From Gammaproteobacteria bacterium (lineage in GTDB: Bacteria; Pseudomonadota; Gammaproteobacteria; Eutrophobiales; Eutrophobiaceae): 64,000 nt of DNA. The position numbers and the translations under genes are program-made. Location of the stretch: the NCBI GenBank assembly GCA_965221695.1, contig OZ244905.1:3008001-3072000 (forward strand), given 5' to 3'. Positions 35,093 through 46,264 of the stretch are shown piece after piece (position 1 is the stretch's first letter; each line of letters opens with the position of its first letter). The notes beneath the pieces were generated by a model. It saw only the letters and a list, made by a program, of their open reading frames with translations, was not told where the DNA came from and ran no database searches.

Positions 35093-35991
35093 AGATATTG
35101 TTATTTGGTTCGAACGGGCAGGTGGGCTGGGAACTGCAACGCTCGCTAACCCCTCTAGGCCAATTAATCGCTTGCGACCGGCAGCTTGTAGACCTGGAAA
35201 ACCGGCGCGCAATAAGCGCAGCGATTCATGACCATGACCCGGATATAATCGTCAATGCTGCCGCTTATACAGCCGTTGACAAAGCCGAAACTGAACCGGA
35301 AAAAGCGCAAGCGATCAATGTAAAAGCCGTAGAACTACTGGCGGATGAGGCGAAACGCCGCAATTCATGGCTGCTTCACTATTCCACAGATTATGTTTTT
35401 GACGGCCGGAAGTCAGGCTTATATACCGAAACCGACCAACCTAATCCGCTTAATACCTATGGTCGGACTAAGCTGGAAGGGGAGATAGCGCTGCAAGAGA
35501 GCGGGTGCCGATACCTGATTTTCCGCACCAGTTGGGTGTATTCGGCGCGCGGCGCCAACTTCGTCACCACTATCATGCGACTTGCGGCGGAAAAAGATCG
35601 TCTCGATGTGGTGGTTGATCAGACAGGCGCGCCTACCAGCGCCGAATTTATCGCGGATGCCACCAGCGCTTGTTTATATCATATATTGAAAGAGGCTGAT
35701 TATGGGGAGCATCTTGCAGGCATATATCACCTGACTGCCTCCGGTTCAGCCAGTTGGTATAGCTTCGCCCGCTATTTACTTGATCAAAAGCTTGTTTTCA
35801 GCAATGACTCGCATTTGTGTTCAGAAAATATACACCCTGTTACAACCGCCCAATATCGATCATTGGCAAGGCGCCCGCTGAATTCGCGTCTTGATACACA
35901 GAAATTATCCGATACATTCAGTATTTACCCGCCGCCCTGGCAGTTTCATGCGCAAAGGTTGATTGCTGAACTCAGCAGGAGAGAAAGCTGA
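35089..35991 (+). CDS. rmlD: dTDP-4-dehydrorhamnose reductase
   Basis: GTG 35089 overlaps the rmlB stop; [32 protein letters not shown]. Confidence 0.95.
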   Translation: MKILLFGSNGQVGWELQRSLTPLGQLIACDRQLVDLENRRAISAAIHDHDPDIIVNAAAYTAVDKAETEPEKAQAINVKAVELLADEAKRRNSWLLHYSTDYVFDGRKSGLYTETDQPNPLNTYGRTKLEGEIALQESGCRYLIFRTSWVYSARGANFVTTIMRLAAEKDRLDVVVDQTGAPTSAEFIADATSACLYHILKEADYGEHLAGIYHLTASGSASWYSFARYLLDQKLVFSNDSHLCSENIHPVTTAQYRSLARRPLNSRLDTQKLSDTFSIYPPPWQFHAQRLIAELSRRES

Positions 35992-36887
35992 TGAGATACA
36001 AAGGCATCATCCTGGCCGGAGGAGCAGGCACGCGGCTTTATCCCGTGACAAGAGCAGTAAGCAAACAACTTCTACCCGTTTATGACAAACCGATGATTTA
36101 CTACCCGTTAAGCATACTGATGCTGGCTGGTATCAGGGACATCCTGGTCATTACCGCACCTGAGCAAAGCTCAGATTATTACCGCGTACTGGGTGATGGC
36201 AGCCAGTGGGGACTGGCATTAAATTACGCTGTGCAAGCAAAACCCGAAGGGCTGGCTCAGGCATTTCTGATTGGGAAAACATTTATCGGAAATGATTGTT
36301 GTGCCCTGGCCTTGGGCGACAATATTTTCCATGGACACGGGTTGACCGAGACACTTCGGCGAATTGTTCTTCGCTGTGAAGGGGCTACGATTTTTGCTTA
36401 TCGGGTACGCGACCCTGAACGTTATGGCGTTGTTACTTTTGATGAAAATAATCATGCGCTTTCCATTGAGGAGAAACCTGAACAGCCGCGTTCTGACTGG
36501 GCAGTGACAGGATTGTACTTCTACGATAATGATATTGTTGATATTGCCACATACATCAAACCAAGCCGTCGGGGCGAACTGGAAATTACTGATGTCAACG
36601 CTCGCTATCTTGAACGTGGCGATTTGAGCGTGGAATTACTGGGTCGAGGGTACGCGTGGTTTGATACCGGCACGCATGATAGTCTGGCGGAAGCCACAGG
36701 GTTCGTTCAAACTATAGAGAAACGGCAGAACCAACGTATCGCTATCCCCGAGGAAATTGCCTTCCTGAACGGCTGGATTAACCGTGAAGAATTGATTGTG
36801 ATGGGTCATCAACTTCAAAATAATGGTTATGGCGAGTACCTGTTACGGGTCGCTAATGAATACCCGCAACCGGAGCACACGCGTTGA
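35991..36887 (+). CDS. rmlA: glucose-1-phosphate thymidylyltransferase
   Basis: [46 protein letters not shown]. Confidence 0.96.
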   Translation: MRYKGIILAGGAGTRLYPVTRAVSKQLLPVYDKPMIYYPLSILMLAGIRDILVITAPEQSSDYYRVLGDGSQWGLALNYAVQAKPEGLAQAFLIGKTFIGNDCCALALGDNIFHGHGLTETLRRIVLRCEGATIFAYRVRDPERYGVVTFDENNHALSIEEKPEQPRSDWAVTGLYFYDNDIVDIATYIKPSRRGELEITDVNARYLERGDLSVELLGRGYAWFDTGTHDSLAEATGFVQTIEKRQNQRIAIPEEIAFLNGWINREELIVMGHQLQNNGYGEYLLRVANEYPQPEHTR

Positions 36888-36913
36888 CAAGAGAGAAGCG
36901 ACCGGAAACCTGA

Positions 36914-37810
36914 CTACCGGCTTTGCAGCTCTTCATAGTTCGGGGGGAATCGCTTATAACGGATATTGAGTAGTTGTTGGAGTGGTTCCGGGTCCAGCGT
37001 AAGCGCCTGGTTCATGCGTTCCAGACTCGCGTTACTGTATTGCATTCCCGTCAGCTTTTGCCATACGTAAAATAGCGCTCGGGCCAGACTTAACGGCAAA
37101 TAAAGAATGACAGGACGTTGCCCCAAGAACCTGAAAATTCTGCTCACCATCTCATGGTAAGTCAGCGTTTCATTGCCAGGCAGGTCGAAGAACCTGTTGT
37201 GCGTGCGCGCATCATTTGACACCGCAACCATGACCTGCGCTACGTCATCAGCATGGATTGGCTGGCGCAAACCTTTGCCCGGATAGACTACGGGAAAAAA
37301 CTTGTAACGTTTTGCGAATGCTGCGATGGCAGTAATATTGCGATCATGACCAGGGTCATAAATCAGGGTCGATCGAAAAACAGTCCATGGCGCCTTTCGG
37401 TCCTGGCAGAGTAACTCAACTTTTTTCTCCGCACGCGCTATGGCAAAGGCCGATTTTCGCTCCTTCGGATCAGGGCTTTGCGCTTTGAAAAAAAAAGCGG
37501 ATGAACTGAGGGCGATCAGTCGATTACCGCCGGTTATGCGCTTTAACAGGGCCGGCAAGGCTACCACAGGGATAAGCGAAAACAGCGTGGCAGAGGCGGG
37601 GATGCATATATTTTCTTCTGCGCGCACAGTGTGCCAGGAAAAACCGCCAGGCAAGATATAAGGGACCGGTTCCGTACGGCGGCTAAGGCATAATCCTTCG
37701 TAACCCATGACGGACAGGCGTTCAGCAAGATAACGACCTACCAGGCTGGTGGCGCCGAGAATAACTGCGTAAGGTTTTTGGCTTAGCATATTGTCAGCGT
37801 CTGAAGACAT
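36914..37810 (-). CDS. NAD-dependent epimerase/dehydratase (atypical SDR)
   Basis: ILGATSLVG, R.TLIY.PG.D.N, RQPIHADDVA; start 37810 or 37789. Confidence 0.75.
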   Translation of the reverse strand: MSSDADNMLSQKPYAVILGATSLVGRYLAERLSVMGYEGLCLSRRTEPVPYILPGGFSWHTVRAEENICIPASATLFSLIPVVALPALLKRITGGNRLIALSSSAFFFKAQSPDPKERKSAFAIARAEKKVELLCQDRKAPWTVFRSTLIYDPGHDRNITAIAAFAKRYKFFPVVYPGKGLRQPIHADDVAQVMVAVSNDARTHNRFFDLPGNETLTYHEMVSRIFRFLGQRPVILYLPLSLARALFYVWQKLTGMQYSNASLERMNQALTLDPEPLQQLLNIRYKRFPPNYEELQSR

Positions 37811-38738
37811 GTGTTCCTGTCCGGCCTTTGTGCGATCCATAGAGCATAGATAGAATTGCTTTTACCCCAAAACGAATCAGAATGCCCAGACTGACTGAGG
37901 CTACCAGGGGCAACCAGCGGATGCCATGAAAATGGATATGGAAGTAACGCAAAAAACCGCGTGTCTTGTGCCATTCCACTATTACCGGATTACTGCGGCT
38001 ACTGCTCGCATAATGAACTGATTTTATGTGTGGCGCGTAATACACGGGGATCCTGGCCTTATGCAGCCTGAAGCAGAGATCGAGATCGTCAACATGCAGA
38101 AAATAGCCCTCATCCATGCCATTTACCGCATGAAAAGTTGTGGCCGGCAGCATCATGCAAGCGCCGCTGATAGCAGGCACACGGGTTGTGTTTTCAGGCA
38201 GCGGATTATCATGCTGGTTAAGACGATAGCGATGCAATAAACGCGGCGCCAGTTTGTCAAACCGAAAGGTTTCAACCAGGGCAGTGCAAGGGGTGAGCAA
38301 AGCGCGGCGCGAGCCGCGTTGGTCGCTACCATCCGGATTGAGCACACGGCAGCCTAGCATCCAATTGTCGCCCAGCTTAATTGCTTCGGCTTGCAGGGCA
38401 GAAAGGGTATCGGGAGCAAGACAGCAATCCGGATTCAATAACACCAGATAACGACCGCTTGCCCGACCGGCGCCGATATTACATCCACGCGCGAAGCCAA
38501 CGTTACCGTGGCCGCTGACCAGTGTCAGCCGTGCTTCCCTGCTCGCAAGATGTTCGAGTTGCTTGGTAATTGTCTGCGGATTGCCATTATCCACCAGAAT
38601 CAGCTCAGCTAACACTTCATCAGCCGAAGCCAGCGCCGCCTCAATCGCTTGAAATAATACAGCCCCTGTCTGAAATGAGACCATAACCACGCTGATTCCA
38701 TCCGTCTGAAATCCATGCTCAGCCAATCCTGATCGCAT
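37794..38738 (-). CDS. family 2 glycosyltransferase (WbbL/rhamnosyltransferase-like)
   Basis: LILVDNG, NVGFARGCN, LLNPD, SGACM, MDEGYFLHVDDLD. Confidence 0.88.
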   Translation of the reverse strand: MRSGLAEHGFQTDGISVVMVSFQTGAVLFQAIEAALASADEVLAELILVDNGNPQTITKQLEHLASREARLTLVSGHGNVGFARGCNIGAGRASGRYLVLLNPDCCLAPDTLSALQAEAIKLGDNWMLGCRVLNPDGSDQRGSRRALLTPCTALVETFRFDKLAPRLLHRYRLNQHDNPLPENTTRVPAISGACMMLPATTFHAVNGMDEGYFLHVDDLDLCFRLHKARIPVYYAPHIKSVHYASSSRSNPVIVEWHKTRGFLRYFHIHFHGIRWLPLVASVSLGILIRFGVKAILSMLYGSHKGRTGTHVFRR

Positions 38739-38900
38739 TATCAGCCACCTGATTGTAGTATGATACCGACATGTAACAGTATAACTTTAATTCTTCAAAA
38801 CCCTGATGATCAAGGCGTTGCATACCCCGGTTGCTTGTAACTGTTGGCACAGGGCACAGGTTGGTCAGCAAAATTTACACATACGGAAATTAACTAACTT

Positions 38901-40766
38901 ATGTTTCGTTCCCGAAAGCGCATAGCAATCATTTTGCACGATGTACTAATGATCCCGGTAGCATGGTACCTGGCCTACTGGTTGAGATTCAACCTGCATA
39001 CCATTCCTGGTGAATTTATGCAAACTGCTACCTTGTTGTTGCCGGTAATTATAGTCTGTCAATTGTCCGGTTACATCGTTTTCGGTCTATATCGTGGTAT
39101 CTGGCGTTTTGCCTCTTTGCCTGATTTTGTTCGTATAGGCAAGTCGATTTTTCTTGGAGTATTGATCACGACACTCCTGGTTTTTTTGACTACCAGGATG
39201 GAGGCGGTGCCCAGGTCCGTGATACCGCTTTATGCAATTTTATTATTTGTTCTTCTTGGCGGTAACAGGATTTTATATCGATATCTGAAAGACCATCGGG
39301 TTGAATTCAGTAGTGGCAAAAGAGTATTGGTTGTTGGCGCCGGTGAGGCTGCGGGAAGACTGTTGAGGGATATGTTAAGACACCGGCGGGCGCAATATAT
39401 GCCTGTGGGCATGGTTGACGATGACCCGGATAAAACAGGCCAGGAAATTCATGGGGTCCGCGTATTAGGCGCTTTCGATGAAATTCCTGAGATTGTAAAC
39501 AAATATGCTATTGATCTGGTTGTCATTGCCATACCGTCATTATCATCTGCAAGAATGCAAAGACTGGTTACAATCTGTGAAAGCGCCGATGTGAAATTTA
39601 AAACGCTTCCCAGACTTGAAGATCTGATTTCAGGCCAGGTTAGCGTGAATGCCATTCAGGCGGTTTCAATTGAGGACCTGCTGGGAAGAGAAAAAGTCGA
39701 ACTGGACCGGGATATGATACAAAGTGGATTATCGGGAAAAATTATCATGGTGACAGGCGGTGGGGGCTCAATCGGAACAGAACTCTGTAAACAAGTTGTG
39801 GACTTTGTCCCGGAAGCGCTGATAATTTATGAACGCAGTGAGTTTAATTTATATCGGATTCAACGGGAACTGATGGAAAAAAATCCACAAGTCAAACTCG
39901 TTCCGGTGTTAGGTGATGTTTGTGATCAGCGCGCAGTTGAAAATGTTATCAGCGTTTACCGGCCTGATATGATATTTCATGCTGCCTCCCATAAGCATGT
40001 TTCTTTTTTACAATCTCATCCCAGGGAAGCGGCAAAAAACAATATTCTTGGCGCCATGATTACTGCCAGGACGGCAAGCAAGTTTCATTGTGACACATTT
40101 GTTTTTATTTCCACCGATAAGGCAGTCGATCCTGCCAATATCCTTGGGTTAACAAAGCGCGCCGGAGAGATGTATTGTGAAAGCATGAATGCAGTTTCTA
40201 CTACCCGTTTCATCACAGTGAGATTCGGTAACGTGTTGGGTTCGGATGGCAGCGTAGTGCCGTTATTCAGGGAGCAAATACAGGCAGGAGGACCGGTAAC
40301 GGTAACCCATCCTGATATTACCCGATACTTCATGACCATAACTGAAGCATGCCAGTTGATTCTGCAGGCTAGTGTCGTGGAAGGGGAAAGAGGTATTTTC
40401 GTGCTGGATATGGGAGCGCCAGTCAGGATCAAATATCTGGCTGAACAGATGATCCGTTTATCGGGCAAAGAGCCCGGGGAGGATATTGAAATACAGTATA
40501 TCGGGTTACGCGCAGGTGAAAAACTTCAGGAAGCGCTCTTCTATGACAATGAGGAAAAGGAACAAACCCGGAATGCAAAAATACTGCGCGCAAGACATGC
40601 TCCATACGACTGGAACAGGGTTCGTCAATCAATTGATCGGCTGGAACATTCTCTTACCCACGCCGATGATAACGAGATAAGGGCGATTTTGGCTGCCCTG
40701 ATCTCGGATAACCATGATGAAACTGCCAACGTTCTTGCCGGGACAGTCCGCATGGTCGACGCTTAA
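38901..40766 (+). CDS. WbpM/CapD/PglF-like membrane nucleotide-sugar dehydratase
   Basis: 4 N-terminal TMs, VVGAGEA, IEDLLGR, VTGGGGSIG.EL, STDKAV, VRFGNVLGS.GSV.PLF, GEKL.E. Confidence 0.9.
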   Translation: MFRSRKRIAIILHDVLMIPVAWYLAYWLRFNLHTIPGEFMQTATLLLPVIIVCQLSGYIVFGLYRGIWRFASLPDFVRIGKSIFLGVLITTLLVFLTTRMEAVPRSVIPLYAILLFVLLGGNRILYRYLKDHRVEFSSGKRVLVVGAGEAAGRLLRDMLRHRRAQYMPVGMVDDDPDKTGQEIHGVRVLGAFDEIPEIVNKYAIDLVVIAIPSLSSARMQRLVTICESADVKFKTLPRLEDLISGQVSVNAIQAVSIEDLLGREKVELDRDMIQSGLSGKIIMVTGGGGSIGTELCKQVVDFVPEALIIYERSEFNLYRIQRELMEKNPQVKLVPVLGDVCDQRAVENVISVYRPDMIFHAASHKHVSFLQSHPREAAKNNILGAMITARTASKFHCDTFVFISTDKAVDPANILGLTKRAGEMYCESMNAVSTTRFITVRFGNVLGSDGSVVPLFREQIQAGGPVTVTHPDITRYFMTITEACQLILQASVVEGERGIFVLDMGAPVRIKYLAEQMIRLSGKEPGEDIEIQYIGLRAGEKLQEALFYDNEEKEQTRNAKILRARHAPYDWNRVRQSIDRLEHSLTHADDNEIRAILAALISDNHDETANVLAGTVRMVDA

Positions 40767-41656
40767 TGAAGATCAGTAAGGCAGTATTTCCGGTAGCGGG
40801 TTTGGGAACACGCACCCTGCCGGCCACAAAAGTTCTGGCCAAGGAGATGTTGCCATTGGTCGATAAGCCTATCATTCAATATGCAGTGGAAGAAGCTGTC
40901 GGCGCCGGCATCACAGAGCTGATTTTCGTCACCGCAACGAGTAAAAAAATCATTCAGGATCATTTTCTGTCGCATCCATCTCTGGAACAGGAGTTGGCGA
41001 ACAGGGGCAAACAGGCATTGCTGGAAAAGGTCAGGAATATTCTGCCGGCAGGCGTTATCTGCCACTTTGTGATACAGCGCGAGCCTTTGGGTTTGGGACA
41101 TGCCGTGTTGTGCGCTAAGCCACTGATCGGCGACGAACCCTTCGCGGCGCTCCTACCCGATGACCTGGTATATCACCCGGAAACCACCTGTCTGCAGCAG
41201 ATGATGGAGCTTTACCAAGACCGGAACGCAAGCGTGGTCGCGGTGGAAAACGTGGAGCGCGAGCAGGTCTCCCGCTACGGTATCGTGGAGACGGCCGCGG
41301 CGCCGGACGGCGCCGTAAGGATGAAGTCCATCGTGGAAAAACCCGCCCCGGACGACGCGCCTTCGACCCTGGCTGTGGTGGGGCGTTATATCTTCACCCC
41401 GGCGATTATGGCGTTGCTGGAAACTACGCATAAGGGCGCTGGCAACGAAATCCAGTTGACCGACGCCGTCGCGGCGCTGCTTGATGTTGAAGATGTGTAC
41501 CTGTGTGAATTCCGCGGCCGTCGTTACGACTGCGGCTCTATCCTGGGATACATGAAGGCGAACGTGGAATACGCGCTCAGGCACGAGACCATAGGCGCAG
41601 AGTTTTCTTCGTACCTGGATAAGCTGGAGCAATATCCAGGCCAGGAACGAAATTGA
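40766..41656 (+). CDS. galU: UTP--glucose-1-phosphate uridylyltransferase
   Basis: KAVFPVAGLGTR.LPATK..KEMLP.VDKP.IQY, GLGHAV, VEKP, EIQLTDA. Confidence 0.95.
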   Translation: MKISKAVFPVAGLGTRTLPATKVLAKEMLPLVDKPIIQYAVEEAVGAGITELIFVTATSKKIIQDHFLSHPSLEQELANRGKQALLEKVRNILPAGVICHFVIQREPLGLGHAVLCAKPLIGDEPFAALLPDDLVYHPETTCLQQMMELYQDRNASVVAVENVEREQVSRYGIVETAAAPDGAVRMKSIVEKPAPDDAPSTLAVVGRYIFTPAIMALLETTHKGAGNEIQLTDAVAALLDVEDVYLCEFRGRRYDCGSILGYMKANVEYALRHETIGAEFSSYLDKLEQYPGQERN

Positions 41657-41677
41657 ATCCCGTTCCGTTTCATGAAA

Positions 41678-41753
41678 TGGCTCCCCGGGACGGGCTCGAA
41701 CCGCCGACCTAGTGATTAACAGTCACCCGCTCTACCGACTGAGCTACCGGGGA
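41678..41753 (-). tRNA. tRNA-Asn(GTT)
   Basis: Reverse complement TCCCCGGTAGCTCAG...GTGA-CTGTTAA-TCAC...GGGGAGCCA; 76 nt. Confidence 0.97.
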
Positions 41754-41773
41754 ATGTGGCAGGAATAACCGTG

Positions 41774-42010
41774 TCAGGTTATCGCATGCATGATCAAGCC
41801 CATAGTCATCGCCATGTTAACGCCCAGCATCCATTTCAGCGCACGGATGTCCGCCTTAATCTCAGCGATGTCTGTTCCAAGCTCAGCAATGTCGGCCTTA
41901 GTGGCGACCTGATCATGACCTAATATCGACATTGCAGCTTTTCTTGCTTTTATTTCCGGAACATCGGCGCTTAACAGCGCATCATACAATTCCGTGTTCA
42001 TCATACCCAT
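41774..42010 (-). CDS. small CCDC90/DUF1640-like coiled-coil protein with C-terminal TM
   Basis: ELYDALL.A.V.E.KA..AA, ATKADI.EL, LKWMLG + hydrophobic tail; AGGAGAG RBS. Confidence 0.7.
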   Translation of the reverse strand: MGMMNTELYDALLSADVPEIKARKAAMSILGHDQVATKADIAELGTDIAEIKADIRALKWMLGVNMAMTMGLIMHAIT

Positions 42011-42092
42011 GATGTCTCTCCTGATTTTCCGTAGTGATGTTTTCCTGATGTAAGGTTATGGGTTACCCCACATGCACATTATACACACAATA

Positions 42093-43277
42093 TTAACCCA
42101 GCGCATCACCCAATCGCTTAATTGCGCTTTCCAGGTTTTCCATGCTGGTCGCATAGGACAGGCGCATGTAGCCTTTTGCGCCGAATGCCGAGCCCGGTAC
42201 CAGTGCGACTTCCGCCTGTTCCAGCAGGTATTCACCCAGTTCTATGTCGTTGTCGATACCATCCAGCCTGTCGATCACGCGCTGCATATCGGGGAAGCTG
42301 TAGAAAGTGCCGTCGGATGGGGTACATGCAACGCCATCAATGGCGTTCAGGCCGGCATGGACGAAATCGTGCCGCTGCCTGAAGATGGCGGTACTTTCGT
42401 TGATATAGGTTTGGTCACCATTCAGAGCAGCCAGGGTCGCATGCTGGGAGATGGACGAGGGGTTGGATGTGCTTTGCGACTGGATTTTCTGTGCCGCTTT
42501 GACCAGCGCGATCGGGCCGCCCAGGAAACCGATGCGCCAACCGGTCATGGAGTAGGCCTTGGAGACCCCGTTGACCACGACCGTTCTGTCAGCCAACTCC
42601 GGGCAGATATTGAGGATGTTCCTGAAACCGTCCTGGCCCCAGAGTATGTGCTCGTAGATATCGTCCGTCAGGATCACGATTTCCGGGTGCTTGACGAGTA
42701 CCGCTGCGAGTTCTGCCAGTTCCGAATCGGAGTAACTGACGCCGGTCGGGTTTGACGGGCTGTTGATCATGAGCAGCCGCGTGTTGCCGGTAATGGATCG
42801 TTCCAGGCGCTTTCCGGTGATCTTGAAGCGTTGTTCGATACCGGCCCGGATCACGACGGGTTCCGCGCCGGCCAGTCTTGCCATGTCCGGGTAGGAGACC
42901 CAGTAAGGCGCCGGGATGATCACTTCGTCACCCGGGTTGAGCAGCGCCTGCATCAGGTTGTAGATACTGTGTTTTGCGCCGCAGGACACCAGTACCTGAT
43001 CAGGTTCGTAATCAAGGTTGTTTTCCCGCCGGAACTTGTCCGCAACGGCCTGCTTGAGTTCGGGCATGCCGCCGACCGCGGTGTATTTTGTCTTGCCGTC
43101 CCGGATGGCCTTGATCGCGGCTTCCTTGATGTGTTCAGGTGTGTCGAAATCCGGTTCACCCGCGCTCAGGGCAATAATATCCCTGCCCGCCGCTTTCAGT
43201 TCCGCGGCCTTGGCGGTGACTGCGAGGGTGGGGGACGGCTTGATGATTGCGGCGCGTTGCGCCACGCTGTTTTCCAT
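42093..43277 (-). CDS. aspC: aspartate aminotransferase (class I/II PLP)
   Basis: [43 protein letters not shown]. Confidence 0.9.
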   Translation of the reverse strand: MENSVAQRAAIIKPSPTLAVTAKAAELKAAGRDIIALSAGEPDFDTPEHIKEAAIKAIRDGKTKYTAVGGMPELKQAVADKFRRENNLDYEPDQVLVSCGAKHSIYNLMQALLNPGDEVIIPAPYWVSYPDMARLAGAEPVVIRAGIEQRFKITGKRLERSITGNTRLLMINSPSNPTGVSYSDSELAELAAVLVKHPEIVILTDDIYEHILWGQDGFRNILNICPELADRTVVVNGVSKAYSMTGWRIGFLGGPIALVKAAQKIQSQSTSNPSSISQHATLAALNGDQTYINESTAIFRQRHDFVHAGLNAIDGVACTPSDGTFYSFPDMQRVIDRLDGIDNDIELGEYLLEQAEVALVPGSAFGAKGYMRLSYATSMENLESAIKRLGDALG

Positions 43278-43308
43278 ACTGGCATCCTCTCAGAAGCAGT
43301 TCATAGTG

Positions 43309-43339
43309 TAGGAAGCTCTGACTTAAGCAGAGGTTCCTG
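43309..43339. repeat. short palindromic element, family B
   Basis: TAGGAAGCTCTG-ACTTAAG-CAGAGGTTCCTG in the divergent aspC/uvrB promoter gap, just upstream of TATAAT at 43343. Confidence 0.75.
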
Positions 43340-43364
43340 TATTATAATGCGCAAAATTCAGACT

Positions 43365-45389
43365 ATGACAAAGAAATTTACTCTACAGGCGGACTTTTCT
43401 CCGGCGGGCGATCAACCCGAGGCTATAGAACAATTATACCATTCTATATCCAATGGCATTGCGCAGCAGACGCTGCTCGGGGTAACAGGTTCCGGCAAGA
43501 CCTTTACCATTGCCAACCTGATCGAGAAAATTCAGCGTCCGACGCTGGTCCTGGCGCCGAACAAGACCCTGGCTGCACAGTTGTATGGCGAGATGCGCGA
43601 ATTCTTCCCGGACAATGCCGTGGAATATTTCGTTTCCTACTACGATTATTACCAACCCGAAGCCTATGTTCCCACTACTGATACGTACATAGAAAAAGAC
43701 GCATCCATCAACGAACATATAGAACAAATGCGCCTGTCCGCCACCAAGGCCTTGCTGGAACGACCGGATACCATTATCGTCGCCACCGTGTCCGCCATTT
43801 TCGGCCTGGGCGACCCCCAGGCCTACCTGAAAATGGTGTTGCACCTGGATCGGGGTGAGAGGATGGAACAGCGCTTCATCCTGCGCCGGCTGGCGGAAAT
43901 GCAATATACCCGCAACGAGGTGGAACTGCGCCGCGCCACCTACCGGGTGCGGGGCGATATTATCGACATCTATCCGGCGGAATCAGAGCGCGAGGGCATA
44001 CGGGTGGAGTTGTTTGATGATGAGATCGAATCCATATCGATCTTCGATCCGCTGACCGGTGAGGTATATAAACAGGTTCCGCGCATTACCGTCCATCCCA
44101 AGACCCACTATGTTACCGAGCGCCAGATCGTCCTGGACGCTATTGAAGCCATCAAGGAGGAACTGAGCGAGCGCCTGGAACAGTTCCGCAAGACCAACAA
44201 GCTGGTCGAATTGCAGCGCCTGGAACAGCGCACCCGTTTCGATCTGGAAATGATGATGGAAATCGGCTATTGCACCGGTATTGAAAACTATTCCCGGCAC
44301 CTGTCCGGCAGGCGGCCCGGGGAACCGCCGCCGACGCTGTTCGACTACCTGCCCTATAACGCGTTGCTGGTGGTGGATGAGAGCCATGTGACCGTTCCGC
44401 AGTTAGGCGCGATGTATCGGGGCGACCGTTCGCGCAAGGAGAACCTGGTGGAATACGGCTTCCGCTTGCCCTGCGCGCTGGATAACCGGCCGTTGCGTTT
44501 TGACGAGTTTGAGCATCTGTCGCCGCAGACAGTGTTTGTTTCGGCAACACCGGGACCGTATGAGCGCGAGCGTTCCAGTGAGATCATTGAACAACTCGTG
44601 CGGCCGACGGGCCTGGTCGACCCGGGAGTGGAAATACGTCCGGTTGCGACCCAGGTGGATGACCTGTTGTCGGAGATACGATTGCGCGAACAACGCAATG
44701 AAAGAACGCTGGTCACCACCCTGACCAAGCGCATGGCGGAAGACCTCACTGACTACCTGGCGGAACATGATGTCAGGGTGCGCTACCTGCATTCCGATGT
44801 GGACACGGTGGAGCGCGTCGAGATTATCCGCGACCTGCGCCTGGGGCATTTTGACGTGTTGGTCGGGATCAACCTGTTGCGTGAGGGGCTGGACATGCCG
44901 GAAGTGTCGCTGGTGGCGATCCTCGATGCCGACAAAGAGGGTTTTCTGCGTTCCGAGACGACGCTGATCCAGACCATTGGCCGCGCCGCCCGCAATATCA
45001 ACGGCAAAGCGATCATGTATGCCGATACCGTGACCGGCTCCATTGCGCGCGCGGTCCGCGAAACCGACCGGCGGCGGGAAAAACAACAGCGTTTTAACGA
45101 AAGCCACGGTATTACTCCCCAAGGTATCCGCAAAGCGGTCACCGATATTCTGGAAGGCGCGTATTCCGATAGTCGTAGCCAAACACGACGATATGCCAAG
45201 GTGGCAGAGCAACATCAAGACTATGCCGGGTTCGACCCTGACTTAGTGGTGAAAAAGATCGAGCAACTCGAACAACAGATGTATCAACACGCACGCGACC
45301 TGGAGTTTGAACGCGCCGCGGAATTACGCGATGAGATCGCTCGTATTAAGGAATTCAGCTTGGAAATTGACACGCAGCGAGCCGGATAG
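43365..45389 (+). CDS. uvrB: excinuclease ABC subunit B
   Basis: [52 protein letters not shown]-terminal UVR coil. Confidence 0.98.
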   Translation: MTKKFTLQADFSPAGDQPEAIEQLYHSISNGIAQQTLLGVTGSGKTFTIANLIEKIQRPTLVLAPNKTLAAQLYGEMREFFPDNAVEYFVSYYDYYQPEAYVPTTDTYIEKDASINEHIEQMRLSATKALLERPDTIIVATVSAIFGLGDPQAYLKMVLHLDRGERMEQRFILRRLAEMQYTRNEVELRRATYRVRGDIIDIYPAESEREGIRVELFDDEIESISIFDPLTGEVYKQVPRITVHPKTHYVTERQIVLDAIEAIKEELSERLEQFRKTNKLVELQRLEQRTRFDLEMMMEIGYCTGIENYSRHLSGRRPGEPPPTLFDYLPYNALLVVDESHVTVPQLGAMYRGDRSRKENLVEYGFRLPCALDNRPLRFDEFEHLSPQTVFVSATPGPYERERSSEIIEQLVRPTGLVDPGVEIRPVATQVDDLLSEIRLREQRNERTLVTTLTKRMAEDLTDYLAEHDVRVRYLHSDVDTVERVEIIRDLRLGHFDVLVGINLLREGLDMPEVSLVAILDADKEGFLRSETTLIQTIGRAARNINGKAIMYADTVTGSIARAVRETDRRREKQQRFNESHGITPQGIRKAVTDILEGAYSDSRSQTRRYAKVAEQHQDYAGFDPDLVVKKIEQLEQQMYQHARDLEFERAAELRDEIARIKEFSLEIDTQRAG

Positions 45390-45420
45390 AAGCCACCGGT
45401 ATCAACGCATAATATTGAAA

Positions 45421-46143
45421 ATGCCAGTATCTGTTTTGAACATCTTGGTTACAGTTTTTGCCATCGCAACCTTGATAGTTGTTGTAACTAAGGACCATAG
45501 CGGTGAGGGTTTCGATCTGTATGGTGGGGCAGGTCCGGATATCCTGGTAGGAGATCCTGGTGATAACTTAATCTGGGGAGGAGCCGGCGCTGATATCATT
45601 GATGGAGGCGCAGGTTTGGACACCTTGGATTACCGTGGGTCGGATGCTGGAGTGACAGTAAATCTAGCCGACAATACTGCTCTGGGCGGTCACGCTGAGG
45701 GAGATCGTATCACTGGTATAGAAAAGGTTATTGGTTCAGTTTTTGCAGATATACTCACCGGTGGCAACGGCGCAGATCAGTTATTCGGGAATGGCGGCGC
45801 TGACCATTTGGACGGGGGCGAGGGTGATGACCGTCTCTGGGGGAATAAGGGAAATGATGTTCTTATTGGCGGTAAGGGCGCTAATTTACTCTTAGGTGGC
45901 GAAGGCAACGACACTTTTGTGATTCGCGCCGGCAACCAACATTTGCAGATCATCCATGACTTTATACACGGCGATGATCGGATTGACCTTGCCGATTTTC
46001 CGGGCCTGTCTTTCCAGAGTCTGCTCATATCAGGCAATGCCGATAAGTGCACAATCGCTATGGGCGATGAAGGTAACGGCAGGATCCTGCTTAGAGCGTG
46101 CAACATCGATGAGCTTGATCCGACAGACTTTGTGTTCAACTGA
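45421..46143 (+). CDS. RTX (hemolysin-type) calcium-binding repeat protein with N-terminal hydrophobic anchor
   Basis: About 10 GGxGxDxLx nonapeptides; I.DF..G.D.IDL and terminal DFVF. Confidence 0.85.
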   Translation: MPVSVLNILVTVFAIATLIVVVTKDHSGEGFDLYGGAGPDILVGDPGDNLIWGGAGADIIDGGAGLDTLDYRGSDAGVTVNLADNTALGGHAEGDRITGIEKVIGSVFADILTGGNGADQLFGNGGADHLDGGEGDDRLWGNKGNDVLIGGKGANLLLGGEGNDTFVIRAGNQHLQIIHDFIHGDDRIDLADFPGLSFQSLLISGNADKCTIAMGDEGNGRILLRACNIDELDPTDFVFN

Positions 46144-46170
46144 AGGTGTGTAAACAGGGTCAGACCTGCC

Positions 46171-46253
46171 TAAAGAACCTCTGATAAAGTCAGAGTTTCC
46201 CTAAGTAACCTCTGAGACTTATTCAGCATAATCTATTGTTGGGGAAGCTCTGA
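46171..46253. repeat. tandem/degenerate family B palindromes
   Basis: TAAAGAACCTCTGATAAAGTCAGAGTTTCCCTAA, then AACCTCTGAGACTTA and GGGAAGCTCTGA half-sites; between convergent genes. Confidence 0.7.
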
Positions 46254-46264
46254 GGTTGTTTGAC

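Noticed and set aside
37488-37496. A9 tract (and T8 in wzm) as a phase-variation site
   Set aside because: Short A/T runs in intact frames of AT-richer genes; no evidence of slippage.
39975-40160. Motif drift in the WbpM-like protein (HAASHKHV, ILGLTK)
   Set aside because: Cannot be told apart from normal family variation without an alignment; reading frame is intact.
14521-41677. Prophage or integrative element at tRNA-Glu/tRNA-Asn
   Set aside because: No integrase, phage genes or duplicated tRNA 3' end seen.
43337-43352. Possible LexA box before uvrB (CTGTATTATAATGCGC)
   Set aside because: Only the left half-site matches CTG-N10-CAG.
42831-43364. N-terminal extension of uvrB in the ORF track
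   Set aside because: Overlaps aspC on the other strand; UvrB similarity starts at ATG 43365.
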